NCBI GenBank assembly: GCA_049701195.1
Contig: JBNATU010000005.1
Span: 9,015 to 73,014 of the forward strand
Source: Moorellaceae bacterium
GTDB taxonomy: Bacteria > Bacillota > DSM-521 > Neomoorellales > Neomoorellaceae
Direction: 5' to 3'
Length of the DNA: 64,000 nt
The position numbers and the translations under genes were made by a program. The notes beneath the pieces are model-generated. The model was not told the DNA's origin. It did not search any database and worked only from the letters and a program-made list of their open reading frames with translations. Each line of letters starts with the position of its first letter. Position 1 is the first letter of the stretch. Below are positions 29,557 to 39,059 of this stretch, in pieces.

Positions 29557-29895
29557 TTAGCGCAGCTCCGTGGGCACAAAGGCATCGATGACCCCGATTA
29601 CCAGGGCTGCCAAGAGCGCACCCAGTACATTTACCCGCAGAACATTAGGTACCAGGAATTGCGCCAGGTAAATTACCACCGCCGCTACGATGAAACCTAC
29701 TATGCCCCGGCTGCGAGGCGAAATGCGTTTACCCAATAAGGTTTCTGCCAACCAGCCCAGAGCAGCGATGACCACCGCCGCAATAAGGGCCCCGGTAAAA
29801 CCGGCTACCCGTATACCCGGCAGCAGATAACCCACTAACATGAGCACTAAAGCGGAAACAATAAATCGGATGACAACACCCAGCCAGTTGTTCAC
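29557..29895 (-). CDS. Phage-holin-superfamily-IV-like small membrane protein (DUF360/YvlD-like)
   Basis: 112 aa with four predicted TM helices. The sequence pattern is typical of the family (GFIVAAVVIYLAQFLVP...GALLAALVIGVIDAFV). Confidence 0.65.
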   Translation of the reverse strand: MNNWLGVVIRFIVSALVLMLVGYLLPGIRVAGFTGALIAAVVIAALGWLAETLLGKRISPRSRGIVGFIVAAVVIYLAQFLVPNVLRVNVLGALLAALVIGVIDAFVPTELR

Positions 29896-29961
29896 TTCCT
29901 TTCACCTCCTCTGCGGCTTTAACCATAGCTTTGCCCAAAAAGGAGGCGAATTATACCATTA

Positions 29962-30714
29962 CTACCTTTTAAGCCTGGTAATAGACGTGGCCAGAGCCGC
30001 GGCTCCAAACCCGTTATCTATGTTGACTACCCCCACGCCGGTAGCGCAGCTATTAAGCATGGTCAGTAAGGCCGCCAGGCCCCCAAAACTCGCCCCATAA
30101 CCCACACTGGTAGGCACCGCAATGACCGGCTGGGCTACCATCCCGGCCACTACGCTGGCCAAAGCCCCTTCCATACCGGCCACTACAATGACCACATCTA
30201 CCTGGCGTACTTTTTCCATCTGGTCCAGCAGACGGTGAATACCCGCCACACCTACATCATATATCCTTTCCACTTCATTGCCCATTACTTCCGCCGTGAC
30301 CGCAGCTTCTTCAGCTACCGGCAGGTCAGCCGTACCGGCGCTCAAGACGGCCACCCTGCCCCCGGTAGGAGGTATTTCTCCTGCCGGTACCACAATGGTA
30401 CGGGCCAGAGCATTAAATTGGGCCTGGGGCAATTTTTCAGCCACAGCTTTATATACACTTTCGTTGGTCCTCGTTACCAGTACAGTAGTCTCGGCTGCCG
30501 CCAGGCGGCAGGCGATGGCTACAATTTGTTCTTCGGTCTTCCCCTGCCCAAAAATTACTTCCGGGAAACCGTTACGCAAGGCCCGGTGGTGATCTACTTT
30601 AGCAAAACCCAGCTCTTCATACCCCAGAACTTTTAGTTTTTCCAGGGCTTCCTCCAAGCTAACCCGCCCCTGCTTAAGGGCTAGCAACAACTGCTTTAGC
30701 CTTTCCTCCGTCAT
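29962..30714 (-). CDS. larB: Nickel-pincer cofactor biosynthesis protein LarB (PurE-like)
   Basis: PurE/AIR-carboxylase-like C-terminal half (SAGTADLPVAEEA...VVAGMEGALASVVAG...VPTSVGYG). I prefer ATG 30714 (MTEERLKQ). Confidence 0.75.
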   Translation of the reverse strand: MTEERLKQLLLALKQGRVSLEEALEKLKVLGYEELGFAKVDHHRALRNGFPEVIFGQGKTEEQIVAIACRLAAAETTVLVTRTNESVYKAVAEKLPQAQFNALARTIVVPAGEIPPTGGRVAVLSAGTADLPVAEEAAVTAEVMGNEVERIYDVGVAGIHRLLDQMEKVRQVDVVIVVAGMEGALASVVAGMVAQPVIAVPTSVGYGASFGGLAALLTMLNSCATGVGVVNIDNGFGAAALATSITRLKR

Positions 30715-30826
30715 TATATTCCCCCCATCGAACTTGAGTATATTTTGCCCTAATCGGTGCCGGAGTTCAACTCCCACCTGGTCTAAAAGAAAGCGGGCAG
30801 GAATAAAATGGCTGTAGCAAGGGGGA

Positions 30827-31858
30827 GTGCCCTTGAATATTTATTTCATTACCAATTGGCATACCAGAAGGGTATGGAAGGTCTGGCTACGAGCCTTGTT
30901 CTTCTTGCTGGCAATTTTTTTATGCCTTAGGGGTTCCGGACGTCTGACACCCTTTTTCCGCCAGGTGACGGCGACGATAGCCGGCTACTCTTATTCCTTG
31001 CCTTTATCTTTTTGGGAAGCCATTTTAAACGAAGGGATGCCCACCCTGATCCTTAAAGCGGGTGACCAGCCCGGTTACAGCGACGCCCGTATCTGGCCGT
31101 CCGCCCTTCAGGCTTTGAACCCCAGTCTGGCCCAGTTCTTAAGCGCCGAAGAAGAATATCCTCTGCCCGAAGGGCAGGAAAGCCCCCCTCCACCGCCTCC
31201 TTTAGACCTGAGCAAGGTGGAAGAAGGGAGCCAACATCCTCTAGTAGCCATTTATAATACCCATAATGCCGAAGCTTACGCCCCCAGCGACGGAGTGGAA
31301 AAAGTGCCGGGAAAGAACGGCAGTATCGTTACCGTGGCAGCCACCCTGGCCCAAAGCCTGATCCAGGAATATGGTATACCGGTGGTGCGGTCCGACACCA
31401 TCCATGACTATCCGGACTTTACCCTGGCCTATGCTAATTCGGAAAAGACCGTGCGGCACCTGCTGGCCGAATATCCTTCTATTCAGGTGGTGCTGGATAT
31501 TCACCGGGATGCCGGCCTCCAGGAGCCCCCGATAGCTTATATCGACCATCAAGAGGTAGCTCAGATCTTAATTATTGTCGGCAGCGATGCCCGGCTGGAG
31601 CATCCCCACTGGCGCCAGAATGAAGCTTTTGCCCGGAGGCTGGCCGCCAAAATGGATGAGCTATATCCCGGTCTGTGTCGCGGCGTGCGCGTGCAGCAGG
31701 GCCGCTACAACCAGCACCTGCACCCCCGCGCCCTGCTGCTGGAGATAGGCAGCAGCAACAATACCCTGGATCAGGCCGAAAGAGCGGCCGGCCTGCTGGC
31801 GCGGGTGATAGCCGAAGTTTTACGGGATTTGCGCCAGGAAAATCCCTGGTCGAGATGA
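30827..31858 (+). CDS. spoIIP: Stage II sporulation protein P
   Basis: N-terminal TM helix and SpoIIP amidase domain (IYNTHNAEAY...VLDIHRDA). TTG 30833 is an alternative start. Confidence 0.85.
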   Translation: MPLNIYFITNWHTRRVWKVWLRALFFLLAIFLCLRGSGRLTPFFRQVTATIAGYSYSLPLSFWEAILNEGMPTLILKAGDQPGYSDARIWPSALQALNPSLAQFLSAEEEYPLPEGQESPPPPPPLDLSKVEEGSQHPLVAIYNTHNAEAYAPSDGVEKVPGKNGSIVTVAATLAQSLIQEYGIPVVRSDTIHDYPDFTLAYANSEKTVRHLLAEYPSIQVVLDIHRDAGLQEPPIAYIDHQEVAQILIIVGSDARLEHPHWRQNEAFARRLAAKMDELYPGLCRGVRVQQGRYNQHLHPRALLLEIGSSNNTLDQAERAAGLLARVIAEVLRDLRQENPWSR

Positions 31859-31879
31859 CCATGCTTTTCACCCCAGCAT

Positions 31880-32317
31880 TCATCCCAGCAATTGCCTTAC
31901 TATTTCATTGGCTTTTCTGCCGTCCGCTTTACCGCGAATTTTCGGCATGAGAGCAGCCATAACTTTGCCCACGTCTTTACCCGACTTGGCCCCCAGCTCC
32001 TCGATAGTTTCTCGAATAAGGGAAGTGAGTTCCTCTTCGCCGAGCTGCTGAGGTAAGTATCCCTCCAGCACCCGTATCTCCGCTTCGGTCTGCCGTACCA
32101 GGTCTTCCCGCCCACCTCTGGCAAACTGCTCCAGGGCTTCCCTGCGGATTTTTATCTCCCGCTGGATTAGATTAACAATTTCTTCTTCATTCAAAGGACG
32201 CTGTTTATCGATTTCCGCATTTTTAATGCCGGCTAAAACCATGCGAATGGTTTGGAGCCTGATTTTATCTTGGCTCTTCAAAGCTTCTTTCATATCTGAA
32301 GTCAACCTGTCCTTCAC
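31880..32317 (-). CDS. yqeY: GatB/YqeY domain protein
   Basis: 145 aa with a YqeY-type sequence (LTSDMKEALKSQDKIRLQTIRMVLAGIKNAEID). Confidence 0.85.
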   Translation of the reverse strand: MKDRLTSDMKEALKSQDKIRLQTIRMVLAGIKNAEIDKQRPLNEEEIVNLIQREIKIRREALEQFARGGREDLVRQTEAEIRVLEGYLPQQLGEEELTSLIRETIEELGAKSGKDVGKVMAALMPKIRGKADGRKANEIVRQLLG

Positions 32318-32597
32318 CGCTTTTATCTCCTTTCTGTAGGTTTTTTCTTCACCTCCGGTTCCTCCACTTTACTCTAATACAGTTTTACCCAAAATACAAT
32401 CTTGTCCCGTGAACCGGGGAAAAGTTATCCCTGTGTACCTGATAACTGCCCTTTACTCTAACACTGTTTTTCTAATACAGTTTTACCCCAAATTATACCG
32501 GTGAATTATAAAAACGGCTGGACTTTAAAATAGCCGGAGGCTATAATCAGCTTTAAATAAATTTAGATAAAGCCCTACCGGAAGGGGGTTGCTTCCT

Positions 32598-33230
32598 ATG
32601 TCGACTTGGGGCCTGCCCATGGAAAATTTAAGATCTAAAGTGGCCCAGCATAAAAGCGATATTATGGACGTTAACTTGTATAACCGCTCCGCCGTGTTAG
32701 TTCCCCTGGTACGGGAAAGAGAAGGTAATTATGCCGTGGTTTTTGAAGTGCGTTCCGCCAAATTGGCTACTCAGCCCGGAGAAATATGTTTCCCGGGAGG
32801 GCACCTAAACCCTACTGAGGCTCACGCCGAGGAAGCGGCTATAAGGGAAACCTGTGAAGAGCTGGGTGTACCTCCCTCTTCTGTGGAAATATGGGGGAGG
32901 CTGGACATTCTGGTTACCCCCTTTAAGCAAATTATATATCCCTTTGCAGGCTATTTAAAAGAGCCGGAGCGCATTCGGCCCAATCCCCAGGAAGTGGAAG
33001 AGGTTTTTATGGTCAAGCTTGACTTTCTTCTGAGCCTCGAACCTGAATACCACGAAATAGCTATTAAAGTACATCCGCCTGACGACTTCCCTTTCCATAA
33101 AATCCCCCACGGCCGCGCATATCCCTGGCGTACCGGTACGTGGCCGGAATTCTTTTACGAGATTGAAAACCACGTGGTCTGGGGAATGACGGCCAGAATC
33201 TTACATCACTTCCTGGAAATTATAAGGTAA
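32598..33230 (+). CDS. NUDIX hydrolase, CoA pyrophosphatase-like
   Basis: Nudix box GGHLNPTEAHAEEAAIRETCEELGV. I prefer ATG 32598, 9 nt after GGAAGGGGG. Confidence 0.8.
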   Translation: MSTWGLPMENLRSKVAQHKSDIMDVNLYNRSAVLVPLVREREGNYAVVFEVRSAKLATQPGEICFPGGHLNPTEAHAEEAAIRETCEELGVPPSSVEIWGRLDILVTPFKQIIYPFAGYLKEPERIRPNPQEVEEVFMVKLDFLLSLEPEYHEIAIKVHPPDDFPFHKIPHGRAYPWRTGTWPEFFYEIENHVVWGMTARILHHFLEIIR

Positions 33231-33373
33231 AAAGGAGATTATAAGCTAAAGCTTCGGCGAGTAGTAATGGCCTTTCTAGTTTTACTGCTCTGGCCAGTGG
33301 AGACAGACTACTACTGTCGAAGGGGCTACAGCTAGCAGTCTACTGCCCGGGAAAAAGCTTGCCCCCTAGGTTT

Positions 33374-33400
33374 AGAGGAAATAGTCGGTTCCGGTAGAAT
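33374..33400 (+). promoter_or_regulatory. Sigma-H-type promoter candidate (repeat R1)
   Basis: AGAGGAAAT-agtcggttccg-GTAGAAT matches RNAGGAWWW-N11-RNNGAAT. Confidence 0.4.
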
Positions 33401-33441
33401 TCTTTATCCTGGGTATAGAATAAAGCCAAGCCTCCACCTTT

Positions 33442-33468
33442 AGAGGAAATAGTTGGTTCCGGTAGAAT
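33442..33468 (+). promoter_or_regulatory. Sigma-H-type promoter candidate (repeat R2)
   Basis: AGAGGAAAT-agttggttccg-GTAGAAT. An extended -10 (TGGTATAAT) follows at 33474-33482. Confidence 0.4.
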
Positions 33469-33547
33469 AGGTTTTGGTATAATGATTGAAGGCAGGCGGA
33501 ATTGCTTGGATAAAATGGTTCGTTCCGGTAGAATCCGGTAAAAGGTA

Positions 33548-36028
33548 TTGATAGATAGAAGGTACTTACCGACTATGCCTTCGCACCCTATGGTTTGGGC
33601 TGCCCTCGCTTACATATGCGGGCTTTTGCTGGCGCCCTTCATCCCGGTGAAGCCGGTCTGGCCGTGGGCCCTAGCCACTGCTTCGGGGGTTCTGGCCTGC
33701 CTTTCCCGGCAATCTCGTTTTCAGCGGCCCGCCCGGCCCGGAGTCTGGTTAACGTTATTCTGTACCGGGTTTATGGCCCTGGGGCTGGGAATAGGTAACT
33801 GGGATAGCTACCGGAACCGGAGCCAGCTAACGGAGGACTGTAATACTTTTCTTTATCTTACGGGCATAGTCACCCGAGAGCCTGATGTTTATCCCCGCCG
33901 GGTAGTCTATACTATAGCGGCGCGGGAAATAATGCAGGGGCCTTACCGGAAAAAGGTTAACGAGTTAGTACAAGTCATCCTTTATCGCCCTGGGCCGAAC
34001 GAAGAATTTCCCCTTTACGGCTACGGAGATAACCTCCGCATCCACGGCCAGCTGACCCTCCCCTCTGGTGCCCGCAACCCCGGCGAATTCGACTATAAAG
34101 CTTATCTGGCGCGGCACTATATTTATTGCCAAATGATAGTAAAAAACCCGGGTGACATAATGAAAACAGGATCTAACCCGGGAAATCTTCTGGTATCCCT
34201 GGCTCTAAGCGCCAAAAAAAGAGCCGGCCAGAATATCACCGCGGCTTTACCCCCGCGAGAGGCGGGAATTCTCCAGGCCCTACTTTTTGGCGATAAAGAA
34301 CACCTGGAGCAAAACGATGTGGAAACCTTTAGCACCCTGGGTGTGCTTCATATATTCGCTGTGAGCGGCCTGCATGTGGGTTTTGTTCTCCTGTTTCTTA
34401 TGAGCTTGTGCGGTATCTTGGGGCTCCCCCTGAGCAGCGCCGTAATTATAACCATAGCGGGCCTTGTCTTCTATGCTGCCATAGCCGGGTTCACACCCTC
34501 GGTTGACCGGGCCGTCATCATGGGAGGGGTGGGGCTCCTGGCCTATGGGAAACGGGAAAAAGCCTCCTTTTATGACTCGCTGGCCCTGGCGGCCCTGATC
34601 ATATTGCTCCTACAGCCGCGTTCTCTTTATGAACCCGGCTTCCAGCTCTCTTTCCTGGCTACTTGGGGCCTAGTCTATCTGTATCCCCTAGGCGACGTCC
34701 TCCTCTCCCGCCTGCCTGCCTGGCGGCGTTACCTGATAGCCCCCCTTACCGCCCAGGTGGCCGTATGGCCCCTCACTGCTTATTACTTTAATATCCTTCC
34801 CCTTTTAGGCCTCCCCGCCAACCTGGTAGCCGTAGCCCTGGTAGGCCTTATTGTCACCCTGGGCCTAGCCGCCTTTGTTCTGGCCCAAATTTTTCCACCT
34901 GTAGCCATAGCCATCGCCTCCGCTACCTGCCCCTTACTGCAAATCCTCCTGTACTCCCTCGGACAACTGAGCAAAGTACCGGGCGCCTCTATAACAATGG
35001 CCCTTCCCTCTTGGGGCTGGATAACGGGATACTATGCCGGGCTGATACTGATCCGAGAGATAGCTTTAAGATGGAATCAACCCCGGCTGATCTGGTGGCG
35101 CACGCGGCATTTAAAGAAAAAAGTATTACCTGCCGGTACTGCGCTATTGGCTTTACTTATTCTGTACTTCTCTCTCGGGGGCCATACCCGGACCACCCCG
35201 GTCCTCCAGGTAACCTTTCTAGATGTAGGTCAGGGAGACGCTATTTTCATTAGGACTCCTCAAGGTAAATATGTACTTTTAGACGGCGGCGGCCGGCCGG
35301 AAGAAGATATGGGTAGTGAGGTGGGGCAGCGTATAGTGGTGCCCTTTTTGCGCCGTCAGGGAGTAAAAAGCCTGGATACCGTCATCAGTACCCACCCGGA
35401 CGCCGACCATATGGGCGGGCTGCTGGCGGTGATAGAAGAAATTCCTGTATCTCTGGTGGTCCTGCCACCCTTAAGGGATACCTTCCCGCAGGAATATAGG
35501 CCCCTGCTGGAAAGGCTAAAAGCCCGAAAAATACCCTGGTCTGAGGCCGGCCGAGGAGACAGCCTGCACCTAGATCCCTCAATAGAGTTTGCCGTCTTTA
35601 ACCCCGGCCCAGCGTTCCACAATACGCGCTCGGATGATAACAATAATTCTCTGGTAATACGCCTGGCCTACGGGGCCGCCGGTTTCTTGTTCAGCGGGGA
35701 TATAGAAGCTGAAGCCATGTCCGAATTAGCCGGTAGCCAGTTGAACCTGGCCAGCACCGTGTTTCAAGTCCCCCACCATGGCAGCCGTTACGGCCTGCAG
35801 AAAGAGTTTCTGGAGAAAGTAAATCCCCGCCTGGCGATCATCTCGGTAGGAGCCCGTAATAGCTTCGGCCATCCCTCCCCGGAAGTGCTAAATTATTGGC
35901 AGAAGCAGGGCATACCTGTATTCCGTACCGATCGGCAAGGGGCCATTACTATTTGCACCGACGGCCGCCAAGTCAAAATAAGAGATATGGTGGGAACCGA
36001 GTATATAATATTAGCAAACAACCTGTAG
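33548..36028 (+). CDS. comEC: DNA internalization competence protein ComEC/Rec2
   Basis: 826 aa with a multi-TM competence domain and a C-terminal metallo-beta-lactamase domain ([13 protein letters not shown]). Confidence 0.9.
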   Translation: MIDRRYLPTMPSHPMVWAALAYICGLLLAPFIPVKPVWPWALATASGVLACLSRQSRFQRPARPGVWLTLFCTGFMALGLGIGNWDSYRNRSQLTEDCNTFLYLTGIVTREPDVYPRRVVYTIAAREIMQGPYRKKVNELVQVILYRPGPNEEFPLYGYGDNLRIHGQLTLPSGARNPGEFDYKAYLARHYIYCQMIVKNPGDIMKTGSNPGNLLVSLALSAKKRAGQNITAALPPREAGILQALLFGDKEHLEQNDVETFSTLGVLHIFAVSGLHVGFVLLFLMSLCGILGLPLSSAVIITIAGLVFYAAIAGFTPSVDRAVIMGGVGLLAYGKREKASFYDSLALAALIILLLQPRSLYEPGFQLSFLATWGLVYLYPLGDVLLSRLPAWRRYLIAPLTAQVAVWPLTAYYFNILPLLGLPANLVAVALVGLIVTLGLAAFVLAQIFPPVAIAIASATCPLLQILLYSLGQLSKVPGASITMALPSWGWITGYYAGLILIREIALRWNQPRLIWWRTRHLKKKVLPAGTALLALLILYFSLGGHTRTTPVLQVTFLDVGQGDAIFIRTPQGKYVLLDGGGRPEEDMGSEVGQRIVVPFLRRQGVKSLDTVISTHPDADHMGGLLAVIEEIPVSLVVLPPLRDTFPQEYRPLLERLKARKIPWSEAGRGDSLHLDPSIEFAVFNPGPAFHNTRSDDNNNSLVIRLAYGAAGFLFSGDIEAEAMSELAGSQLNLASTVFQVPHHGSRYGLQKEFLEKVNPRLAIISVGARNSFGHPSPEVLNYWQKQGIPVFRTDRQGAITICTDGRQVKIRDMVGTEYIILANNL

Positions 36029-36261
36029 GGCCGCTGATTATCTTACCCGCCAGACCTTCCTCCAGCCACCTGTCCTCTCCAGCCATTCTCCTCAGGTTCC
36101 ATCCTCCCTGCATTAGGTCCCGGCAAGGCCCCAGGCGTATACCCTACCTCTCGCAGTTGCCTCCTGGTAAGAGCCCTCGGAGCCCGGATACGAACGCCTC
36201 TTCTTTCTGTTTTATTTTTTATGGTAATATTTTATTATGAACCCTGGTATACGAGGCTGAG

Positions 36262-37401
36262 GTGAGGACGGTGCTGGAGGCCAGCGTCCTAGACCGTATC
36301 CTGCAAGAAACCATCGAAGCTATCGAACGGAGTCAAACCCAAATCTTTGAAATTGCCGAAAACACGCGGGCCGAAGTAAAACAGGTCAATAACGAACTGG
36401 CTCAGGTGACCCGGGAATTAAGTGAAGTTATAGAAGAGGTGGATAAGCTGGAGCGTGCGGAAAGACGCGCCAGAGTGCGCCTGGCAGAAGTGAGCAAAGA
36501 TTTTCACCGCCATACGGAAGCCGATATTAAAGCTGCCTATGAGACGGCCCACCATTTACATATCGAGCTCATTAAACTCCGGGAAAAGGAAAAACTATTG
36601 CAATACCGCCGCAATCACCTAGAAGCGAGCTTGCGGCGCTTACAGCTAACCCTCCAAAGGGCTGAACAGCTGGCCTCCCAAGTGGGTGTAGTGCTCAATT
36701 TCCTAAGCGGTCAACTCCAGGACTTAAGCTCCAAGCTCGGAGAATTACAGCAAACCCAGCAGTTGGCCTTGAGCATCATCCGGGCGCAAGAAGAAGAACG
36801 CCAACGTGTAGCCCGAGAGATTCACGATGGCCCGGCTCAATCGCTGGCCAACATTATTCTACAAGCTGAGTATTGCCTAAAGCTTTTAGATAAAGATCCA
36901 GACCAAATCCGCAAAGAGTTGCAGGCCCTACAAAATATCGTCCTGCTCAGCCTTCAGGACATACGCAAGATCATTTTCGATCTACGGCCCATGGCTCTAG
37001 ACGATTTAGGATTAGTCCCGGCCTTAAAGCGCTATTTTGATACCTACCGACAGCAGTACGGCCTAGAAGTGGAATTTGTCTTTTTCGGGCATGAGCGGCG
37101 CTTGAACAATGTGCTGGAAGCGGCTCTCTTCCGGATTATTCAAGAAGCGGTAAACAACATCCGAAAACACGCGGGTGTCAAAAATGCTCTGGTCAAAATG
37201 GAAATGTTGCCCCATAAGGTAACCGTATCCATCCGTGACCAGGGACGGGGTTTCGATTTGCACAGTGTCCAAAAAGGCAGCGGAGGTTATGGACTCATCA
37301 GTATGCGCGAAAGAGTACAGCTTTTGAAGGGGCAGATAAAAATCGCTACTGCCCCGGGCCAAGGTACGAGTATAAATATTGCTATTCCTGTAGAGGACTG
37401 A
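36262..37401 (+). CDS. DegS-like cytoplasmic sensor histidine kinase (HisKA_3/NarL type)
   Basis: Coiled-coil DegS-type N-terminus, H-box REIHDGPAQ and HATPase_c (GGYGLISMRERV). No TM segments. Confidence 0.8.
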   Translation: MRTVLEASVLDRILQETIEAIERSQTQIFEIAENTRAEVKQVNNELAQVTRELSEVIEEVDKLERAERRARVRLAEVSKDFHRHTEADIKAAYETAHHLHIELIKLREKEKLLQYRRNHLEASLRRLQLTLQRAEQLASQVGVVLNFLSGQLQDLSSKLGELQQTQQLALSIIRAQEEERQRVAREIHDGPAQSLANIILQAEYCLKLLDKDPDQIRKELQALQNIVLLSLQDIRKIIFDLRPMALDDLGLVPALKRYFDTYRQQYGLEVEFVFFGHERRLNNVLEAALFRIIQEAVNNIRKHAGVKNALVKMEMLPHKVTVSIRDQGRGFDLHSVQKGSGGYGLISMRERVQLLKGQIKIATAPGQGTSINIAIPVED

Positions 37402-37467
37402 CTTTCAGCCGGAGAAGAAAGCTAGTACAAAAAAGGCCTTAAGATAGAGGCTACCGGAGGCGAGAGA

Positions 37468-38454
37468 ATGACCTGGTTAGAGCTACAACAGGAATTGTCC
37501 CAAGGATTTATTGCGCCCGTATACCTACTGTATGGAGGGGAGGACTACTTGCTGGAGCAGGCCGTAACCGCTTTAAGAAACAGACTCTTGCCTCCAGAAG
37601 CCCAGCTTTTTGATTATCAGGAGTTAACGGGCGCAGAAGTCGCTCCGGAGAGTCTCTTGGCCGCAGCCTATACGCCTCCAGCGTTGGCAGAAAGACGGCT
37701 GATTCTCCTCCGGAACGCCCCGCTGGATAATGAAGGTTTGCTCTCTTATCTGGAGCGGCCCTCGCCTACGACTTGTTTGGCATTAATAGCCGAAGGGGAA
37801 ATAGATAAGAGAAAGAAAGCCTTCAAAAAGATCCAAGAGGTAGGCCGCGTTATCGAATTCGCTCCTTTAAAGCCTGCTGCTCTAGCCGGTTGGTTAAAAC
37901 AAGAGGCTAAAAAGTTGGGCCGCCGGATGGAGAACCCTGCGGCCCAAGCTCTGGCGCAGGTAGCCAGCAACTTATATCAAGCTTTAACGGAGCTCAACAA
38001 GCTAGATCTATACCTTCCGCCGGGCTCTCCTATTACTCTAAAAGACGTGCAAGCCTTAACCCCGGACACTTTAGCTGCCGATGCTATCTTTCACCTGGTG
38101 GACGCCCTAGGCAACGGCCAGGCCTCCCTGGCCGTCAGCCTGTGTCGTAAGCTGCTGGCTGCCGGTGAAGCCCCGCTAGCTATTCTAGGCATGATGGTGC
38201 GCCAGTTCCGCCTAATCTTGCAAGCTAAGATTACCGCTCTGCCCGTCCCCGATTTGACCAAGCTCCTCAACGTGCCTCCCTTTGTGGCGCAAAAAATAGT
38301 GCGGCAATCGGAGAGATTTTCCCTGGAAACCATAGCCCGAGTCCTAGAAAGCCTCCTCAAGACCGATACAGCCATAAAAACGGGAGCCGGCGATCCTGCC
38401 TTTCTATTAGAGCATGCTATCTGGGACATTACTAAACGCAAGGGAACGGGCTAG
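37468..38454 (+). CDS. holA: DNA polymerase III delta subunit
   Basis: 328 aa with a delta-subunit N-terminal pattern (APVYLLYGGEDYLLEQ). comEC...holA/rpsT synteny. Confidence 0.9.
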   Translation: MTWLELQQELSQGFIAPVYLLYGGEDYLLEQAVTALRNRLLPPEAQLFDYQELTGAEVAPESLLAAAYTPPALAERRLILLRNAPLDNEGLLSYLERPSPTTCLALIAEGEIDKRKKAFKKIQEVGRVIEFAPLKPAALAGWLKQEAKKLGRRMENPAAQALAQVASNLYQALTELNKLDLYLPPGSPITLKDVQALTPDTLAADAIFHLVDALGNGQASLAVSLCRKLLAAGEAPLAILGMMVRQFRLILQAKITALPVPDLTKLLNVPPFVAQKIVRQSERFSLETIARVLESLLKTDTAIKTGAGDPAFLLEHAIWDITKRKGTG

Positions 38455-38478
38455 TTTTTCACCCGTCCCCTTTTGTTT
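38442..38478 (+). terminator. Terminator hairpin after holA (possibly bidirectional)
   Basis: GGGAACGGG-ctagtttttca-CCCGTCCCC followed by TTTTGTTT. Confidence 0.55.
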
Positions 38479-38725
38479 CTACCTGCTACGCTCTCGCTCG
38501 TTTTTATCCTTAGCCGTCTTGGCTCCTCCCACTGGCCCCGGCGTCACTTCAGGCCCAAACTCAAATTCACCCACGCCCGTGGCCGGCCTGGCAGGAGCGG
38601 GGCCGAGGGTCCGCCTATCTCTGGCCCCTTTTTCTTTCTCCTTATCCGTCAAAACGAATCCCCCCTTTCCATTAATTCTGTTGTTAGTATGCCTTGGGAA
38701 AGGGGGGATTACACTCGGAAAATTT

Positions 38726-38995
38726 TCAACTGGCGATGGCCCGGTTAAAGCGCAGCTGCAATCTAGATTTTTTCCGGGCGGCCGTATTGGGATGTAAAAC
38801 GCCCTTAGTCACCGCTTTATCGATAGTCCGGATAGCCTGCCTTAACTGCTCTTTAGCCTTTTCCATTTCCCCGCCGGCTAAAGCTATTTCGAATTTCTTG
38901 ATGGCAGTTTTTACCATAGATTTAATGGATTTATTGCGCAAAGTGCGCTTCCGAGTAAGCTCAATACGTTTTTTGGCCGATTTCGTGTTGGCCAC
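38726..38995 (-). CDS. rpsT: 30S ribosomal protein S20
   Basis: The ANTKSAKKRIELTRKRTLRNKS N-terminus is typical of S20. I prefer GTG 38995, 7 nt after GGAGGAGGTGA. The ORF-track maximum is 39028. Confidence 0.9.
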   Translation of the reverse strand: MANTKSAKKRIELTRKRTLRNKSIKSMVKTAIKKFEIALAGGEMEKAKEQLRQAIRTIDKAVTKGVLHPNTAARKKSRLQLRFNRAIAS

Positions 38996-39018
38996 TAATG
39001 TGTCACCTCCTCCGGTGT

Positions 39019-39047
39019 ATTTTATCATGCCTGGATCCCCTACGCAA
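39019..39047 (-). promoter_or_regulatory. Sigma-A-type promoter candidate for rpsT
   Basis: The minus strand reads TTGCGT-17 nt-TAAAAT. Confidence 0.4.
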
Positions 39048-39059
39048 CGGGGTTGGCTA

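Larger units (their letters stand above)
33371..33534 (+). repeat. Three 30-bp direct repeats spaced 66-68 bp apart, upstream of comEC
   Basis: R1 at 33371-33400 is TTTAGAGGAAATAGTCGGTTCCGGTAGAAT. R2 at 33439-33468 has 1 mismatch. R3 at 33505-33534 is degenerate (22/30). Confidence 0.9.

Noticed and set aside
33371-33534. A mini CRISPR array: 30-bp repeats with 36-38-bp spacers and a degenerate terminal repeat.
   Set aside because: There are only three repeats, no cas genes in the window, and the repeat lacks typical CRISPR termini. Its core (AGAGGAAAT-N11-GTAGAAT) recurs as single copies upstream of rpsU in a promoter-like context, so duplicated promoter modules are the better explanation. 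A genome-wide repeat and cas search would settle it.
38414-38797. Plus-strand ORFs of 127 aa and 91 aa between holA and rpsT.
   Set aside because: They start inside holA or its terminator and run antisense into rpsT. Their Pro/Ser/Gly/Leu-rich composition is low-complexity and there is no RBS.
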